The notes beneath the pieces were generated by a model. That model saw nothing but the letters and a program-made list of their open reading frames with translations. It ran no database searches and was not told where the DNA came from. 64,000 bases of DNA from a virus (lineage: Duplodnaviria > Caudoviricetes), in IMG/VR virus record IMGVR_UViG_3300027759_000044, one strand, 5' to 3'. Positions 54,901 to 64,000 of the stretch are shown piece by piece. The position numbers and the translations under genes are program-made. The stretch's first letter is position 1; every line of letters starts with the position of its first letter.

Positions 54901-56686
54901 CTTCTAAAGTAAAATCACCAGTACCAAATGCAAATACTGAATTGCCCGGAACAGTTAAGTAATCCCCGGTACCATCAAAGTATCCACTACCATATGTACT
55001 ATAACTGGTGTTTGGCGTGAAGGGTTGGAATGAACTTGCTTGCGTTGATGTGCCGGCTGTAAGCGTATACGTATTTGTACTATTATCAATAAAACGATTA
55101 CTTTGACTTGTCAATAAACTTGTATTTGCTATAGCCGTTAACGGTGAAGTAGGTGGTGTAAATGCCGCTGTATACAATCCAGTACCTTTAAGGATACGAA
55201 TATTAGATAGATATCCAGGAAAATATCCTACCCCATCATTTGCTCTACCGATATAAAATCCTCCGGCTTGTTCTCCGGAATTTGTAATATTAACTGAAGA
55301 AGCTTGAGTTGATCCTATCTGTACACCGTTAATAAATGCTCTAATGCTTCCACTGGCTCTACAGATAGCAAGGTGTACCCATTGATTAGGTGTAATTGTA
55401 TATGCGAAATCATAACCAACTGCCGGAGCATTACAAAAGAATGAAATTTTATATGTTGGTGAACCGTAAAAATATATACTCCAAACTCCAAACACAGTTG
55501 AGCCGGCATTAAGATTACCCATTAAACATGTGCCAGCCGGTATTGATGCAAAATTAACCCAACATTCAACTGTAAAATCACTAGTACCAAATACTAAAGT
55601 TGCCGGTACTGTTGATCCAATATTTAGAGAACTTGTACTACCATTAAAATAATTACTGTAATAACCCGGTGTATACGGATTAAAACTGTTTGGCTTTGTA
55701 TCACCAAAAATACTTACAGCAAAGTTATTTGTACTAGCATCATCTACAAACGTTGTACTTGCTCCTGGTATCAATAATGTATTATACTCAAAATAAGTAT
55801 CATTCGCTACTGTAATACTCCAATTGATAGTTCTAGTAGCAGTACGATTTGTTGTCGCAGCCGTAGCTGTTAACAATGTACTACTATCAGCTATCACAGT
55901 TGGCGTACCGGATATATTAGAACCACTTAAACTTAATCCAGTTGGTAATGCATTAGCACTATAACTAACATTATAACCAGCGGCATCAGTCGCACTTAAT
56001 GCTACATTAGAAATAGCACTGTTAACCGCACTGGTATATGTTGTAGCATTTGCTGGACTAACCCATGTAACAGCATCAACATTAATCGTTAAACTGAAAC
56101 TTCTTGTACTATCTTGTAATTGAGCATCGGTTGCTTGTATCGTAAATGAATATGTTGTGCTACTACTATCTACTGGTGCTGTACCAGTTATGACACCATT
56201 AGCATATAATGTAGAACCAGTTGGTAATGAACCAGAAAATAGTGAATAAGTTATTGGGGCATCACCACTAGCAACAACAGTATTAGATATACTTGTTGTC
56301 TCATAGTAACTACCTAATGATCCGGCTGCTGTTGTCCAAGTTGGTAACACGCTATAGATGATGCCAGGAATAAATATTGCCGTACCACCATCTGGGTTTA
56401 CCGCATAGATTGTATATGTGCCTGCACTTTTTGCAGGACTTGTAAATGTTAAACGATTTGGATTAACATAAGTTACTACTGCTACAGCACTACCATCAAA
56501 TGTAATAGTTGCGCCCGCTAAAAAGCCAGTACCATTAATCTGTACCGTTTGACCACCGGCTGGGTCTAATGCAGTATCATCTAATCCGCCAACACTATAA
56601 CCAGAGATAGTTGGAGGTAAAGGTTTTAATGCGTTAATGACACTTACGCTAGTTACAAGGTCATTTACAACTGAGGTTATACTCAT
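51926..56686 (-). CDS. Multi-LamG virion protein with N-terminal IPT/TIG and Ig-like domains
   Basis: Repeated GYFDGTGDYL...DFTxExW...WxHxAxVR...YxSxxRI LamG modules. Confidence 0.88.
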   Translation of the reverse strand: MSITSVVNDLVTSVSVINALKPLPPTISGYSVGGLDDTALDPAGGQTVQINGTGFLAGATITFDGSAVAVVTYVNPNRLTFTSPAKSAGTYTIYAVNPDGGTAIFIPGIIYSVLPTWTTAAGSLGSYYETTSISNTVVASGDAPITYSLFSGSLPTGSTLYANGVITGTAPVDSSSTTYSFTIQATDAQLQDSTRSFSLTINVDAVTWVSPANATTYTSAVNSAISNVALSATDAAGYNVSYSANALPTGLSLSGSNISGTPTVIADSSTLLTATAATTNRTATRTINWSITVANDTYFEYNTLLIPGASTTFVDDASTNNFAVSIFGDTKPNSFNPYTPGYYSNYFNGSTSSLNIGSTVPATLVFGTSDFTVECWVNFASIPAGTCLMGNLNAGSTVFGVWSIYFYGSPTYKISFFCNAPAVGYDFAYTITPNQWVHLAICRASGSIRAFINGVQIGSTQASSVNITNSGEQAGGFYIGRANDGVGYFPGYLSNIRILKGTGLYTAAFTPPTSPLTAIANTSLLTSQSNRFIDNSTNTYTLTAGTSTQASSFQPFTPNTSYSTYGSGYFDGTGDYLTVPGNSVFAFGTGDFTLEVWLYANSISTGTFDRICATSDYNGSGFDWTLNTSTSSLYVVGTAYSIGSITPKVWHHLVYTRSGSVIRGFLNGNLSSYTTGASQNVSSVSQLNIGTGYSGTALNGYLVDLRIIKGSIPAGYQTSSTTTGTQIFTPPSAPLTAIANTSLLVLQNNQSVNNSVFLDNSSNNFLVTRAGNTTQGTFSPYGGNWSNYFNNGQSNYIQTTIQAMTAAFTVECWVYVTSLPNNGVIIGQTWELWINTNGTVSYYTPASVRITTSLTVSLNTWTHIALVRSSGIAKIYINGVADAATYTNSGTVGSLETTYIGRDPGASGGYNGYISNLRIVNGTAVYTSTFTPSTTPLTAIANTSLLTCQSQSFVDNSPNRYAVTISGTPTVQRFSPFNPSSLTPTSYSGYFDGTGDYISVPDNVTFTMGAGDFTIECWVNLSTISGSQIVIGTCDSGGSQGSMSFVLNVNSGTPKIGVGYAGAMYFATAASAISTNTWVHLAGVRNGASVYIYVNGVQSTALNMGSLAITDSTQIVAIGRNGAYNGEYVTGYISNARIVKGTAVYTSAFTPPTSPLTAISGTSLLTCQSPTFIDNSTNNFTISAFGNSQPTQQNPFGFTSATTNGYTVSTIGGSGYFDGTGDYLTAPTNNVFSLSAAFTFETWLYPTAFSSYKGIWSNTNTINSTGLHVGLNSAGNIFIYSNSSFVVTSSNAMTLNAWNHVAVVRNSGIVYIYINGVVSTNSWTTSTAFTNAACVIGTNPGPGVEYYFGYLSDARLLNGTALYTSNFVPPSAPLTAVQNTSILTNMTSAGIYDAAMMNNMETVGDAKLSTAISKFGGSSMFFDGTGDYLTSNAATTDLYAFGSGDFTIEMWLYLNSVSGTQVFYDQRPLAGGVYPTLYMSGSTLYYYTNSANRITGSTLSTSQWYHIAVSRSSTSTKLFVNGIQSGSTYTDTNVYLNAALRPFIGGDGTNLGTNGLNGYIDDLRVTKGYARYTSNFTAPTSAFPIY

Positions 56687-57012
56687 GTCAACTCTGATCC
56701 AAATAAGTTAAAACTAACTGTAGTTGTGTTAGCTCTTACTGTAACAACATCAGTTGTTGCTAATGTAATACCAATAGTCATTGTAATACTGTCATTAGCA
56801 TTTACGTTAGTATCATATGAGATATACTGTGATGTTGCAATTGCAGCTCCAGCTGGTCGTACTGCAACACGAAATGTTGCGGCACTTGCTGCCTGATTAC
56901 AAATTACAATTGTACTACATACTGCTGAGGTTGCTGATGGTACTGTATACAAATCTGAATTTGTATTTGCTGCCGGGTTACTTTGCCCTAAAACTTTATA
57001 TGTGATTGCCAT
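56683..57012 (-). CDS. Small conserved virion-associated protein
   Basis: MAITYKVLGQSNP...SFNLFGSE pattern, typical next to jumbo phage fibres. Confidence 0.7.
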   Translation of the reverse strand: MAITYKVLGQSNPAANTNSDLYTVPSATSAVCSTIVICNQAASAATFRVAVRPAGAAIATSQYISYDTNVNANDSITMTIGITLATTDVVTVRANTTTVSFNLFGSELT

Positions 57013-57021
57013 GTTATTTCC

Positions 57022-59415
57022 TTATGCTCCCATTAACAAGAACGGGCTTAATAAATCTTGTGCGGTTATTCCACCACCGCCACCTCCGGTACCGGTAGTA
57101 AATGTTGTTACTTCTATTGGTGCTGTGTTTGGTGGGGCAGAACTAAATGTAATTACATTTCCAGTTAACGAATACACTGTTCTTGGCTGAAAAGTACCCG
57201 CAATACTAACTAATGTATAATTAATATTTGCCGGAGTAGCTGTTAAGGTGTATGCTGTTTGAACACCGTTACCGGTAAAATCATCTACTGCGATATTTGT
57301 ACCAGATGCCGATGACCAACTCAAGTTACCAGATCCATCAGTACTTAAAACATACGTATTCGAACCACCTGAAATATGTAAGTTAGCTACTGCTCCCAAT
57401 GTGACGTTAGCACCACTAAGTGCTACGTTACCAGTGATATTTGAATAGCCACTAATGTTTGCACCTGTACCAGTAATAACTACTACATTGGCATTGCCCA
57501 CAGCACTAAAGTTGATATTGCCATTTGCTGATGGAATGCTAACATTACTATTGCCGTTGCTTATATTACTTGTACTACCGCCACCTGATTGGGCTACCCA
57601 AGATAAAGTACTAGATCCATCTGTACTTAATACATACCCATTAGTACCACCGCTGATATGTAAATTAGCAACAGCCCCCAATGATACATTAGCTGTGGTT
57701 GTAAAATTAACTATACCGGTTGCATTACTTACGGTAAGCCCACTTAAATTACCAACACTTGTTATGTTAGGTTGTGCCGCAGTTGTTACCGTACCCGATG
57801 TTGCTACATTTAAATTAGCCACTTGAGTCGTACTTGTGACTACGAATGGTGCTGTACCAGTTGCTATATTTGATATAAATTGAGGTGTTGTGATGTTAGC
57901 TGAGGCTAATACTTGTGCTGTGCCCAAATTACCTACATTAGCATTACCCGTACCTGTATTTAATGTACCTGCTACATTGACACCAGTACCAGTAATTACC
58001 ATTACAGTATTTCCAACGGCTGATATGTTAACATTGCCATTAGCTGCCGGTATATTTACATTGCTGTTTCCATTTGATATACTTGATAGTGTTATACCAG
58101 TTAAATATACACCATTACCAGTAAAGAAATTAGCTGATGCGTTGTTACCTAAACTAGCGTTACCAGAACGAATATTAGCTAATGAAGTAAATGTTACCAC
58201 TTCGGATGTTATACCTACATTAGCACCAAAGGCTATTTCAGCATTGCTTACATCCCATCCCATCCAAGCAATTTTTGCGCTTGTGTCATAATAATTTAAT
58301 GCTGTACCAACATCTTTTCCACTATTGGCAACCGGAGCAGCACCGTTTGGTCCTGTTTGTAAATTAATGATTGGATCACTAATTGATAATGTAGTTGAAT
58401 TGATATATGTTAATGTACCATTAACTGTTAGGTTGCCACCAAAAACACCATTACCTGATACTGATAAATCTGTTAATGTGCCTACACTTGTAATATTTGG
58501 TTGAGCATTTGTATATACTGTACCAGCTACCAATGCGTTAGCCACTTGTCCAGAAATATTAGCAGCCTGAATATTACTTAAATTATTACCACTACCAACA
58601 AAATAGTTAGCTGTTACAGCATTACCTAAATTAGCATTGCCGGATGATATGTTACCAGTAACAGATAAACTTGTTAATGATCCAACACTAGTAATGTTTG
58701 GCTGAGCATTAGTTGTTAATGTACCAGTAAAGAAATTAGCAGATACTAAATTAGCTCCGGTTATATTACCGCCCGAACCGGATCCAGCACTAATATTACC
58801 TGCACTTAAATTACCGGTAATATTAGCCGTTCCAGATATGTTTGCGCCAGTGCCAGTGATTACTAAAATATTGGCGTTACCCACTGCGCTAATATTGACA
58901 TTGCCATTAGCTGAAGGTATATTTACATTACTGTTACCGTTTGCTAATCCTGCGGTTGTAATACCGGTTAAGTATATACCATTACCAGTAAAGAAATTAG
59001 CTGATGCGTTATTACCTAAATTAGCATTGCCGGCTGATATATTACCTGTTATATTAGCTGTGCCTGATATATTTGCACCAGTTCCAGTAATCACTAAAAT
59101 GTTAGCATTACCTACGGCTGATATGTTAACATTGCCATTAGCTGAAGGTATGTTTACATTACTATTACCATTGCTAATAGAAGCACTGATGCTTGATTGT
59201 GCGGCCCAACTTAAATTACCAGTACCATCTGTCTGTAATACATAACCATTAGTACCACCGGTAATTTTAACATTACCTACTGCTCCTAAATTTGCTGAAC
59301 TTGTGACACTGATATTTCCAAGGAAGTAATTTGCCTGTACGTTTGCATTAGCAGAATGCAATGATATATTTCCGGTCGTGAGGCCGTTCTTTACGTTAAA
59401 ATATTTAAATGACAC
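57022..59415 (-). CDS. Tail fibre protein (797 aa)
   Basis: MSFKYFNVKNGL N-terminus; same modules as 46066..51873. Confidence 0.85.
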   Translation of the reverse strand: MSFKYFNVKNGLTTGNISLHSANANVQANYFLGNISVTSSANLGAVGNVKITGGTNGYVLQTDGTGNLSWAAQSSISASISNGNSNVNIPSANGNVNISAVGNANILVITGTGANISGTANITGNISAGNANLGNNASANFFTGNGIYLTGITTAGLANGNSNVNIPSANGNVNISAVGNANILVITGTGANISGTANITGNLSAGNISAGSGSGGNITGANLVSANFFTGTLTTNAQPNITSVGSLTSLSVTGNISSGNANLGNAVTANYFVGSGNNLSNIQAANISGQVANALVAGTVYTNAQPNITSVGTLTDLSVSGNGVFGGNLTVNGTLTYINSTTLSISDPIINLQTGPNGAAPVANSGKDVGTALNYYDTSAKIAWMGWDVSNAEIAFGANVGITSEVVTFTSLANIRSGNASLGNNASANFFTGNGVYLTGITLSSISNGNSNVNIPAANGNVNISAVGNTVMVITGTGVNVAGTLNTGTGNANVGNLGTAQVLASANITTPQFISNIATGTAPFVVTSTTQVANLNVATSGTVTTAAQPNITSVGNLSGLTVSNATGIVNFTTTANVSLGAVANLHISGGTNGYVLSTDGSSTLSWVAQSGGGSTSNISNGNSNVSIPSANGNINFSAVGNANVVVITGTGANISGYSNITGNVALSGANVTLGAVANLHISGGSNTYVLSTDGSGNLSWSSASGTNIAVDDFTGNGVQTAYTLTATPANINYTLVSIAGTFQPRTVYSLTGNVITFSSAPPNTAPIEVTTFTTGTGGGGGGITAQDLLSPFLLMGA

Positions 59416-59450
59416 AGTTCCATATTCCCTGTTTACGAATTATATTATAT

Positions 59451-59475
59451 TTATCCCCCGATTAAGGGGGATAAA
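59451..59475. terminator. Hairpin/terminator overlapping a TAAATA late promoter
   Basis: TTTATCCCCC...GGGGGATAAA inverted repeat between fibre genes. Confidence 0.6.
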
Positions 59476-59480
59476 TTTGA

Positions 59481-62400
59481 TTAAGTTTTTATGTATGTAC
59501 TAACTAGATTGACTTTTAAGTTTGCACTAGTTCCGGTTGCATACAACGATACATTACCCGATATATTATTAATATTACTTGATAGTTCAATAATATCAGC
59601 AGTGTTATTACTGCAAATACTACCATAAATTGTAATATATGCTGTAGTACCGTCGTGTATTAATAATGTTTCTACTGATTGAAATCCGTCATCTCCTGAT
59701 GAACTAATAATATATTTTGCTGTTCTGAATGCTCCAGGGGCAAATGAATCAATAACTGTATTAGTAGTTACTGTTACATTAGTACGATTACTTGTTAAAC
59801 CATTATTAAGAGAAACATAATTAGCAGTTACATTACCAAATGTTGTTGCTCCAGTTACTATTAGTGTACCTACATTAGCGACACCAGTTGTGTTTATATT
59901 TCCACCGGATATATTACCAGTTACATCTAAGCTTGTTAGTGTACCAACACTTGTTATATTACCTTGTGCATTGCCTGTCACTGCAACTGCTAACCCAGCT
60001 GTACCGGCGGTTGCTACATTTAAATTAGCTACTTGCGTAGTAGAATTAACAACGAAAGGTGCTGTACCAGTAGTTACAAGAGAAGTAAACGTGTTAGCAC
60101 TAATGTTATTAGCTCCAGCAATATTGCCAGTTGCACCAGTAGTTGTTATATTACCGGCAGTTACAGTACCTGTAACATCAAAATTACCAGAAATATTACC
60201 ACCAACACCAGTAACAACTAATACATTTGCAGTGCCAACGGCTGATATATTAACATTGCCATTTGCACTTGGGATATTTACATTACTATTACCGTTAGAA
60301 ATACTTGATGTGCTAACACTAACCCAAGTTAAATTGCCTGCGCCATCTGTCTGTAATACATAGTTTGCAGAACCGCCACTAATATGTAAGTTAGCTACCG
60401 CACCTAATGTTACATTAGCTGTAGTGGTAAAGTTAACTATACCGGTTGCATTACTTACTGTTAATCCAGTTAAACTTCCAACACTTGTAATATTTGGTTG
60501 TGCCGCAGTTGTTAATGTACCAGTAAATGTATTAGCACTAATATTATTAGCACCACTAATATTACCACTTGCGCCAGCAGTCGTTATGTTCCCTGCACTT
60601 AAATTACCTGTAACATCAAAATTACCAGAAACATTCGCACCAATATTAGTAATAACCATTGAGGTATTACCACCTGCCGTAATATTAACATTACCATTAG
60701 CTGTTGGTATATTTACGTTACTATTACCATTAGCAATACCTGTACCTGACGGAACAGCTGCCCAAACTAAAGCACCCGAACCATTTGTTTGTAAATAATA
60801 TCCATTAGTGCCACCAGTAATTGTAACATTACCAACGTTACCTAAATTGCTTGTACCAGTCACTATTAAAGCACCGGTGTTAGCAGTACCAACAGTGTTT
60901 ATATTTCCACCAGATATATTACCAGTTACACTTAAACTTGTTAGTGTACCAACTGATGTTATATTTGGTTGGGCATTAGTTGTTAAATTACCCGCTAGAG
61001 TTACTGCGCCAATAGCACCACTATTAGCATAAACATTACCACTCGTAATATTAGCTGTAACTGATAAACTACCCAATGTTCCAACTGTTGTTAAACTAGA
61101 AGTAACAATAGATGAATTTAATGTTGTCCCTGTTAGATTAGCGGCGTTAGCAGTAATAGCTGTATTAGATGCCGCTGTTAATTGACCTTGTTGATTAACT
61201 GTAAATGTTGCTACAGCATCACCATTACCGTATGTACCAGATGTTACTGATGTATTACTAATATTAAATTCATTGCCAATTAATGTTAATCCTGTACCAG
61301 CTGTGTATGCACCTGCACTAGAGAATTGCGTCCATAAAATTTGTGTTGTACCAACTGTTACCGGAGCATTTACAGTAGCAACCCAACCTGTATCTGCGTT
61401 AACTGTACCTTGTTCAACAAAGGTGAATGCTCCTGGCATTTCAGTACCAACGTCAAAATCAGTTGAACGTGTTAATACAAAAGCTGCTGCTCCTGAACCA
61501 ACTACTGTTACTACATATATACCATTAAATGCGGCTGATTGAGTAGTGTTATTGACAAATGCACCAACTTCGTTTTTAATTAAAACTCGAGCACCAACAG
61601 TTGGAGTAGACCCATCGATACTTAATGCTCCATTAGTACTAGCAGTAATTGTTGCTCCAACACCACTAGTTCCATTATTGTATGTGTATCCACTACCAAA
61701 AATACTTGTTGTAGTAGCATATACTACTGACGCTTTAGGATCAAGGCCTTGGGCAGTTGAATCAACATAAGCTTTTGTGGCTGCGTCAGTATCATTAACT
61801 GGCGTAGCTAGACCGGTAATGTTAAAACTATTCATAGCAACATTGCCACCAAAACTACCTGTACCAGTTGCAACTAATGCTGTTGTTCCTAAATTACCAA
61901 CGTTAGCATTACCACTTACATTTAATGTTGTTAGTGTACCAACACTAGTAATATTACCCTGTGCGTTACCTGTTACAGCAATTGCTGTTGTAGCATTACC
62001 TGAATAAGCTGAATAATTAGCATTTGCTACAGTACCAATTATGTTTCCGCCTGCAATATTTGATAAACCAAAACCATCACCTGTAAATATACCTGTGTTA
62101 GCAGTAAATCCTACAGCAGTTACAGTCGCATTAACATTTAAACCTGTTAGTGTACCAACACTAGTAATATTACCTTGTGCAGCACCTGTAACTGCAACTG
62201 CTAAACCTGCTGTTGCTACATTTAAATTAGCAACTTGTGTTGTAGATGTGACGATGAACGGTGCTGTACCAGTAGCTATAGTAGAAGTAAATGTGTTAGC
62301 AGATATATTATTAGCACCAGTAATGTTACCAGTTGCACCAGTAGTTGTTATGTTACCTGCACTTAAATTACCGGTAACATCTAAATTACCAGAAATGTTA

Positions 62401-62957
62401 GCTCCGGTATTAGTAATCACTAGTGAGGTATTACCACCTGCTGTTATATTAACATTACCGTTAGCAGTTGGAATATTTACATTACTATTACCATTAGCAA
62501 TACCTGTACCTGACGGAACAGCTGCCCAATTTAAAGCACCTGAACCATTTGTTTGTAGATAGTATCCGTTAGTACCGCCTGTAATTGTAACATTACCCAC
62601 GTTACCTAAATTACTTGTACCTGTTACTGCTAGTGTTCCTACATTAGCAAAACCCGTAGTAGATAAGTTACCACCAGTTATTGTACCAGTTACACTTAAA
62701 TTAGCTAGTGTACCAACACTTGTAATATTTGGTTGAGCATTAGTATAAACTGTTCCAGCAACTAAGGCATTGCCTACTTGTCCGGAAACATTAGCACCTG
62801 CTATGTTGCTGATAGTAATACCATTACCAATAAAGTAATTAGCTGTTACAGCATTACCTAAGTTAGCATTGTTTGCTGTAATGTTGCCGGTGGTAGCATC
62901 TAGTAATATATTACCAGTTGTTATACCTTGTTTTACATTAAAATATTTTGTAGTCAT
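59481..62957 (-). CDS. Tail fibre protein (1158 aa)
   Basis: Internal duplication; DAATKAYVD motif; C-terminal FRTAKYII module. Confidence 0.85.
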   Translation of the reverse strand: MTTKYFNVKQGITTGNILLDATTGNITANNANLGNAVTANYFIGNGITISNIAGANVSGQVGNALVAGTVYTNAQPNITSVGTLANLSVTGTITGGNLSTTGFANVGTLAVTGTSNLGNVGNVTITGGTNGYYLQTNGSGALNWAAVPSGTGIANGNSNVNIPTANGNVNITAGGNTSLVITNTGANISGNLDVTGNLSAGNITTTGATGNITGANNISANTFTSTIATGTAPFIVTSTTQVANLNVATAGLAVAVTGAAQGNITSVGTLTGLNVNATVTAVGFTANTGIFTGDGFGLSNIAGGNIIGTVANANYSAYSGNATTAIAVTGNAQGNITSVGTLTTLNVSGNANVGNLGTTALVATGTGSFGGNVAMNSFNITGLATPVNDTDAATKAYVDSTAQGLDPKASVVYATTTSIFGSGYTYNNGTSGVGATITASTNGALSIDGSTPTVGARVLIKNEVGAFVNNTTQSAAFNGIYVVTVVGSGAAAFVLTRSTDFDVGTEMPGAFTFVEQGTVNADTGWVATVNAPVTVGTTQILWTQFSSAGAYTAGTGLTLIGNEFNISNTSVTSGTYGNGDAVATFTVNQQGQLTAASNTAITANAANLTGTTLNSSIVTSSLTTVGTLGSLSVTANITSGNVYANSGAIGAVTLAGNLTTNAQPNITSVGTLTSLSVTGNISGGNINTVGTANTGALIVTGTSNLGNVGNVTITGGTNGYYLQTNGSGALVWAAVPSGTGIANGNSNVNIPTANGNVNITAGGNTSMVITNIGANVSGNFDVTGNLSAGNITTAGASGNISGANNISANTFTGTLTTAAQPNITSVGSLTGLTVSNATGIVNFTTTANVTLGAVANLHISGGSANYVLQTDGAGNLTWVSVSTSSISNGNSNVNIPSANGNVNISAVGTANVLVVTGVGGNISGNFDVTGTVTAGNITTTGATGNIAGANNISANTFTSLVTTGTAPFVVNSTTQVANLNVATAGTAGLAVAVTGNAQGNITSVGTLTSLDVTGNISGGNINTTGVANVGTLIVTGATTFGNVTANYVSLNNGLTSNRTNVTVTTNTVIDSFAPGAFRTAKYIISSSGDDGFQSVETLLIHDGTTAYITIYGSICSNNTADIIELSSNINNISGNVSLYATGTSANLKVNLVSTYIKT

Positions 62958-62968
62958 TTTTATTCCTT

Positions 62969-64000
62969 TTAATCTGCTACGTAAACGCCCAATAAATTCA
63001 CCGTTGTGTTAGCGTAGCCAGTTGTGGCTAACAGCCTAACATTTCCGGATAGTATATCTGTTGATAATGCTATAATATCAAATCCCACTGTAGATAAACT
63101 ACCGTATATGGTGACATAACTATTAGCACTATCATGTATCAATAATACTTCAACAGCTTGGTATCCGTCATCGCTGTTGACTCTCATTGTGTATTTAGCT
63201 GACCTGTACTGATTGACCGGAAAGCTGTCAATTACGGTGTTTGTAATAACAACTATTGGGGTTCTGTTACTATAAATATCGCTGACTTTTAAACTTGTTA
63301 TGGTTGCGTTATTATTGACAATCAAATTGCCTCGGGCAGTCACATTTCCAGTAGTACTCCCCAGTGAAATATTAGATACTAGACCAAAATTAATGTTGCC
63401 AATAGCTGTGGTAAAAATACCAGCATCACCGCCACTTACAGCTATAACACCGGTACTTAAAGTTAATGTTCCGGCAGTTGAAGATATATTTCCAGTAATA
63501 TTGGCATTACCACTAGCAATGACATCACCTGTTATATCAACATTGGTTTTGTTAATAGTTGTTACTACATTCCCTGTACCCGGGCCACCAACTACAAATT
63601 TTACTGCGGTAAACGTTCTACTAGTTCCTAAAACTAAATTGCCACCTCGTATATATAAATATCCATCATCAGGTGTTAATACATTGCCCAATGAATTTGT
63701 TTGAGTACCATCCCATGCACTACTGGTAATACCCATATTGATATAGTTATTTACGCTGTTACCATTATCGGCGGTTACTACAATATCAGTACTTGCGGTT
63801 GCTCCAGTATTGATATTTTGAAAGTTTATCTGTGTAGCACTATTTAAATTACCAGTATATTGTGCTATTGTATTTGGAACAGATGTAAAACCCGTAACCC
63901 CTACTTGTAATGCATTTTTACCATTAATAAGATTACCGGAGATTGTGCTAACATTAGAACTTAAATTACCAGTTAATGTTAATATGTTTCCTACATAATC
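62969..64000 (-). CDS. 5'-truncated tail fibre protein
   Basis: Frame open from window end through 63736; C-terminal YRSAKYTM module like preceding fibre. Confidence 0.8.
   Translation of the reverse strand, partial: DYVGNILTLTGNLSSNVSTISGNLINGKNALQVGVTGFTSVPNTIAQYTGNLNSATQINFQNINTGATASTDIVVTADNGNSVNNYINMGITSSAWDGTQTNSLGNVLTPDDGYLYIRGGNLVLGTSRTFTAVKFVVGGPGTGNVVTTINKTNVDITGDVIASGNANITGNISSTAGTLTLSTGVIAVSGGDAGIFTTAIGNINFGLVSNISLGSTTGNVTARGNLIVNNNATITSLKVSDIYSNRTPIVVITNTVIDSFPVNQYRSAKYTMRVNSDDGYQAVEVLLIHDSANSYVTIYGSLSTVGFDIIALSTDILSGNVRLLATTGYANTTVNLLGVYVAD

Noticed and set aside
46334-63704. Many + strand ORFs opposite the fibre genes
   Set aside because: Antisense shadows of Gly/Asn/Thr-rich repeats; no start signals.
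42938-64000. Diversity-generating retroelement acting on fibres
   Set aside because: No reverse transcriptase; repeat differences are synonymous-type, not adenine-specific.

Overview
AT-rich window from a jumbo/huge phage genome (T4-like TAAATA late promoters, host sigma70 early promoters; Proteobacteria-like rpoZ, iscU and nrdAB; standard genetic code). Left to right: end of a LamG-like structural gene and a papain-family protease (1-1.5 kb); an array of small early genes behind near-consensus sigma70 promoters, including an ArfA-like peptide (1.7-7.7 kb); ATP-pyrophosphatase/methyltransferase and probable internal virion proteins (7.8-11.4 kb); a minus-strand cluster of 26 tRNAs (12.1-19.3 kb; 19 amino acids, no Phe seen) interleaved with rpoZ, 2OG oxygenases, a J-domain protein, an HNH nuclease and about nine unexplained structured RNAs; a ~12-kb biosynthetic-like cluster (TctC-like binding protein, four AsnB-like PP-loop enzymes, cupin, radical SAM, several 2OG oxygenases, fatty-acid desaturase, ACP, GNATs); rubredoxin-rubrerythrin-IscU; SleB hydrolase, baseplate/PAAR genes, glutaredoxin-nrdBA; and >21 kb of Asn/Gly-rich repetitive tail-fibre genes. 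Best candidate for a new system: at the head of the tRNA cluster (19727-20013) a sigma70 promoter drives an unannotated 45-codon leader ORF that contains all 20 amino acids (34 different codons), and whose stop codon lies in an antiterminator helix that is mutually exclusive with an intrinsic terminator. This looks like a ribosome-mediated attenuator that senses shortage of any tRNA and switches on the phage tRNA operon (function is inferred). Second: three or four hairpin RNAs, each with a 47-nt loop, sit directly 5' of tRNAs.
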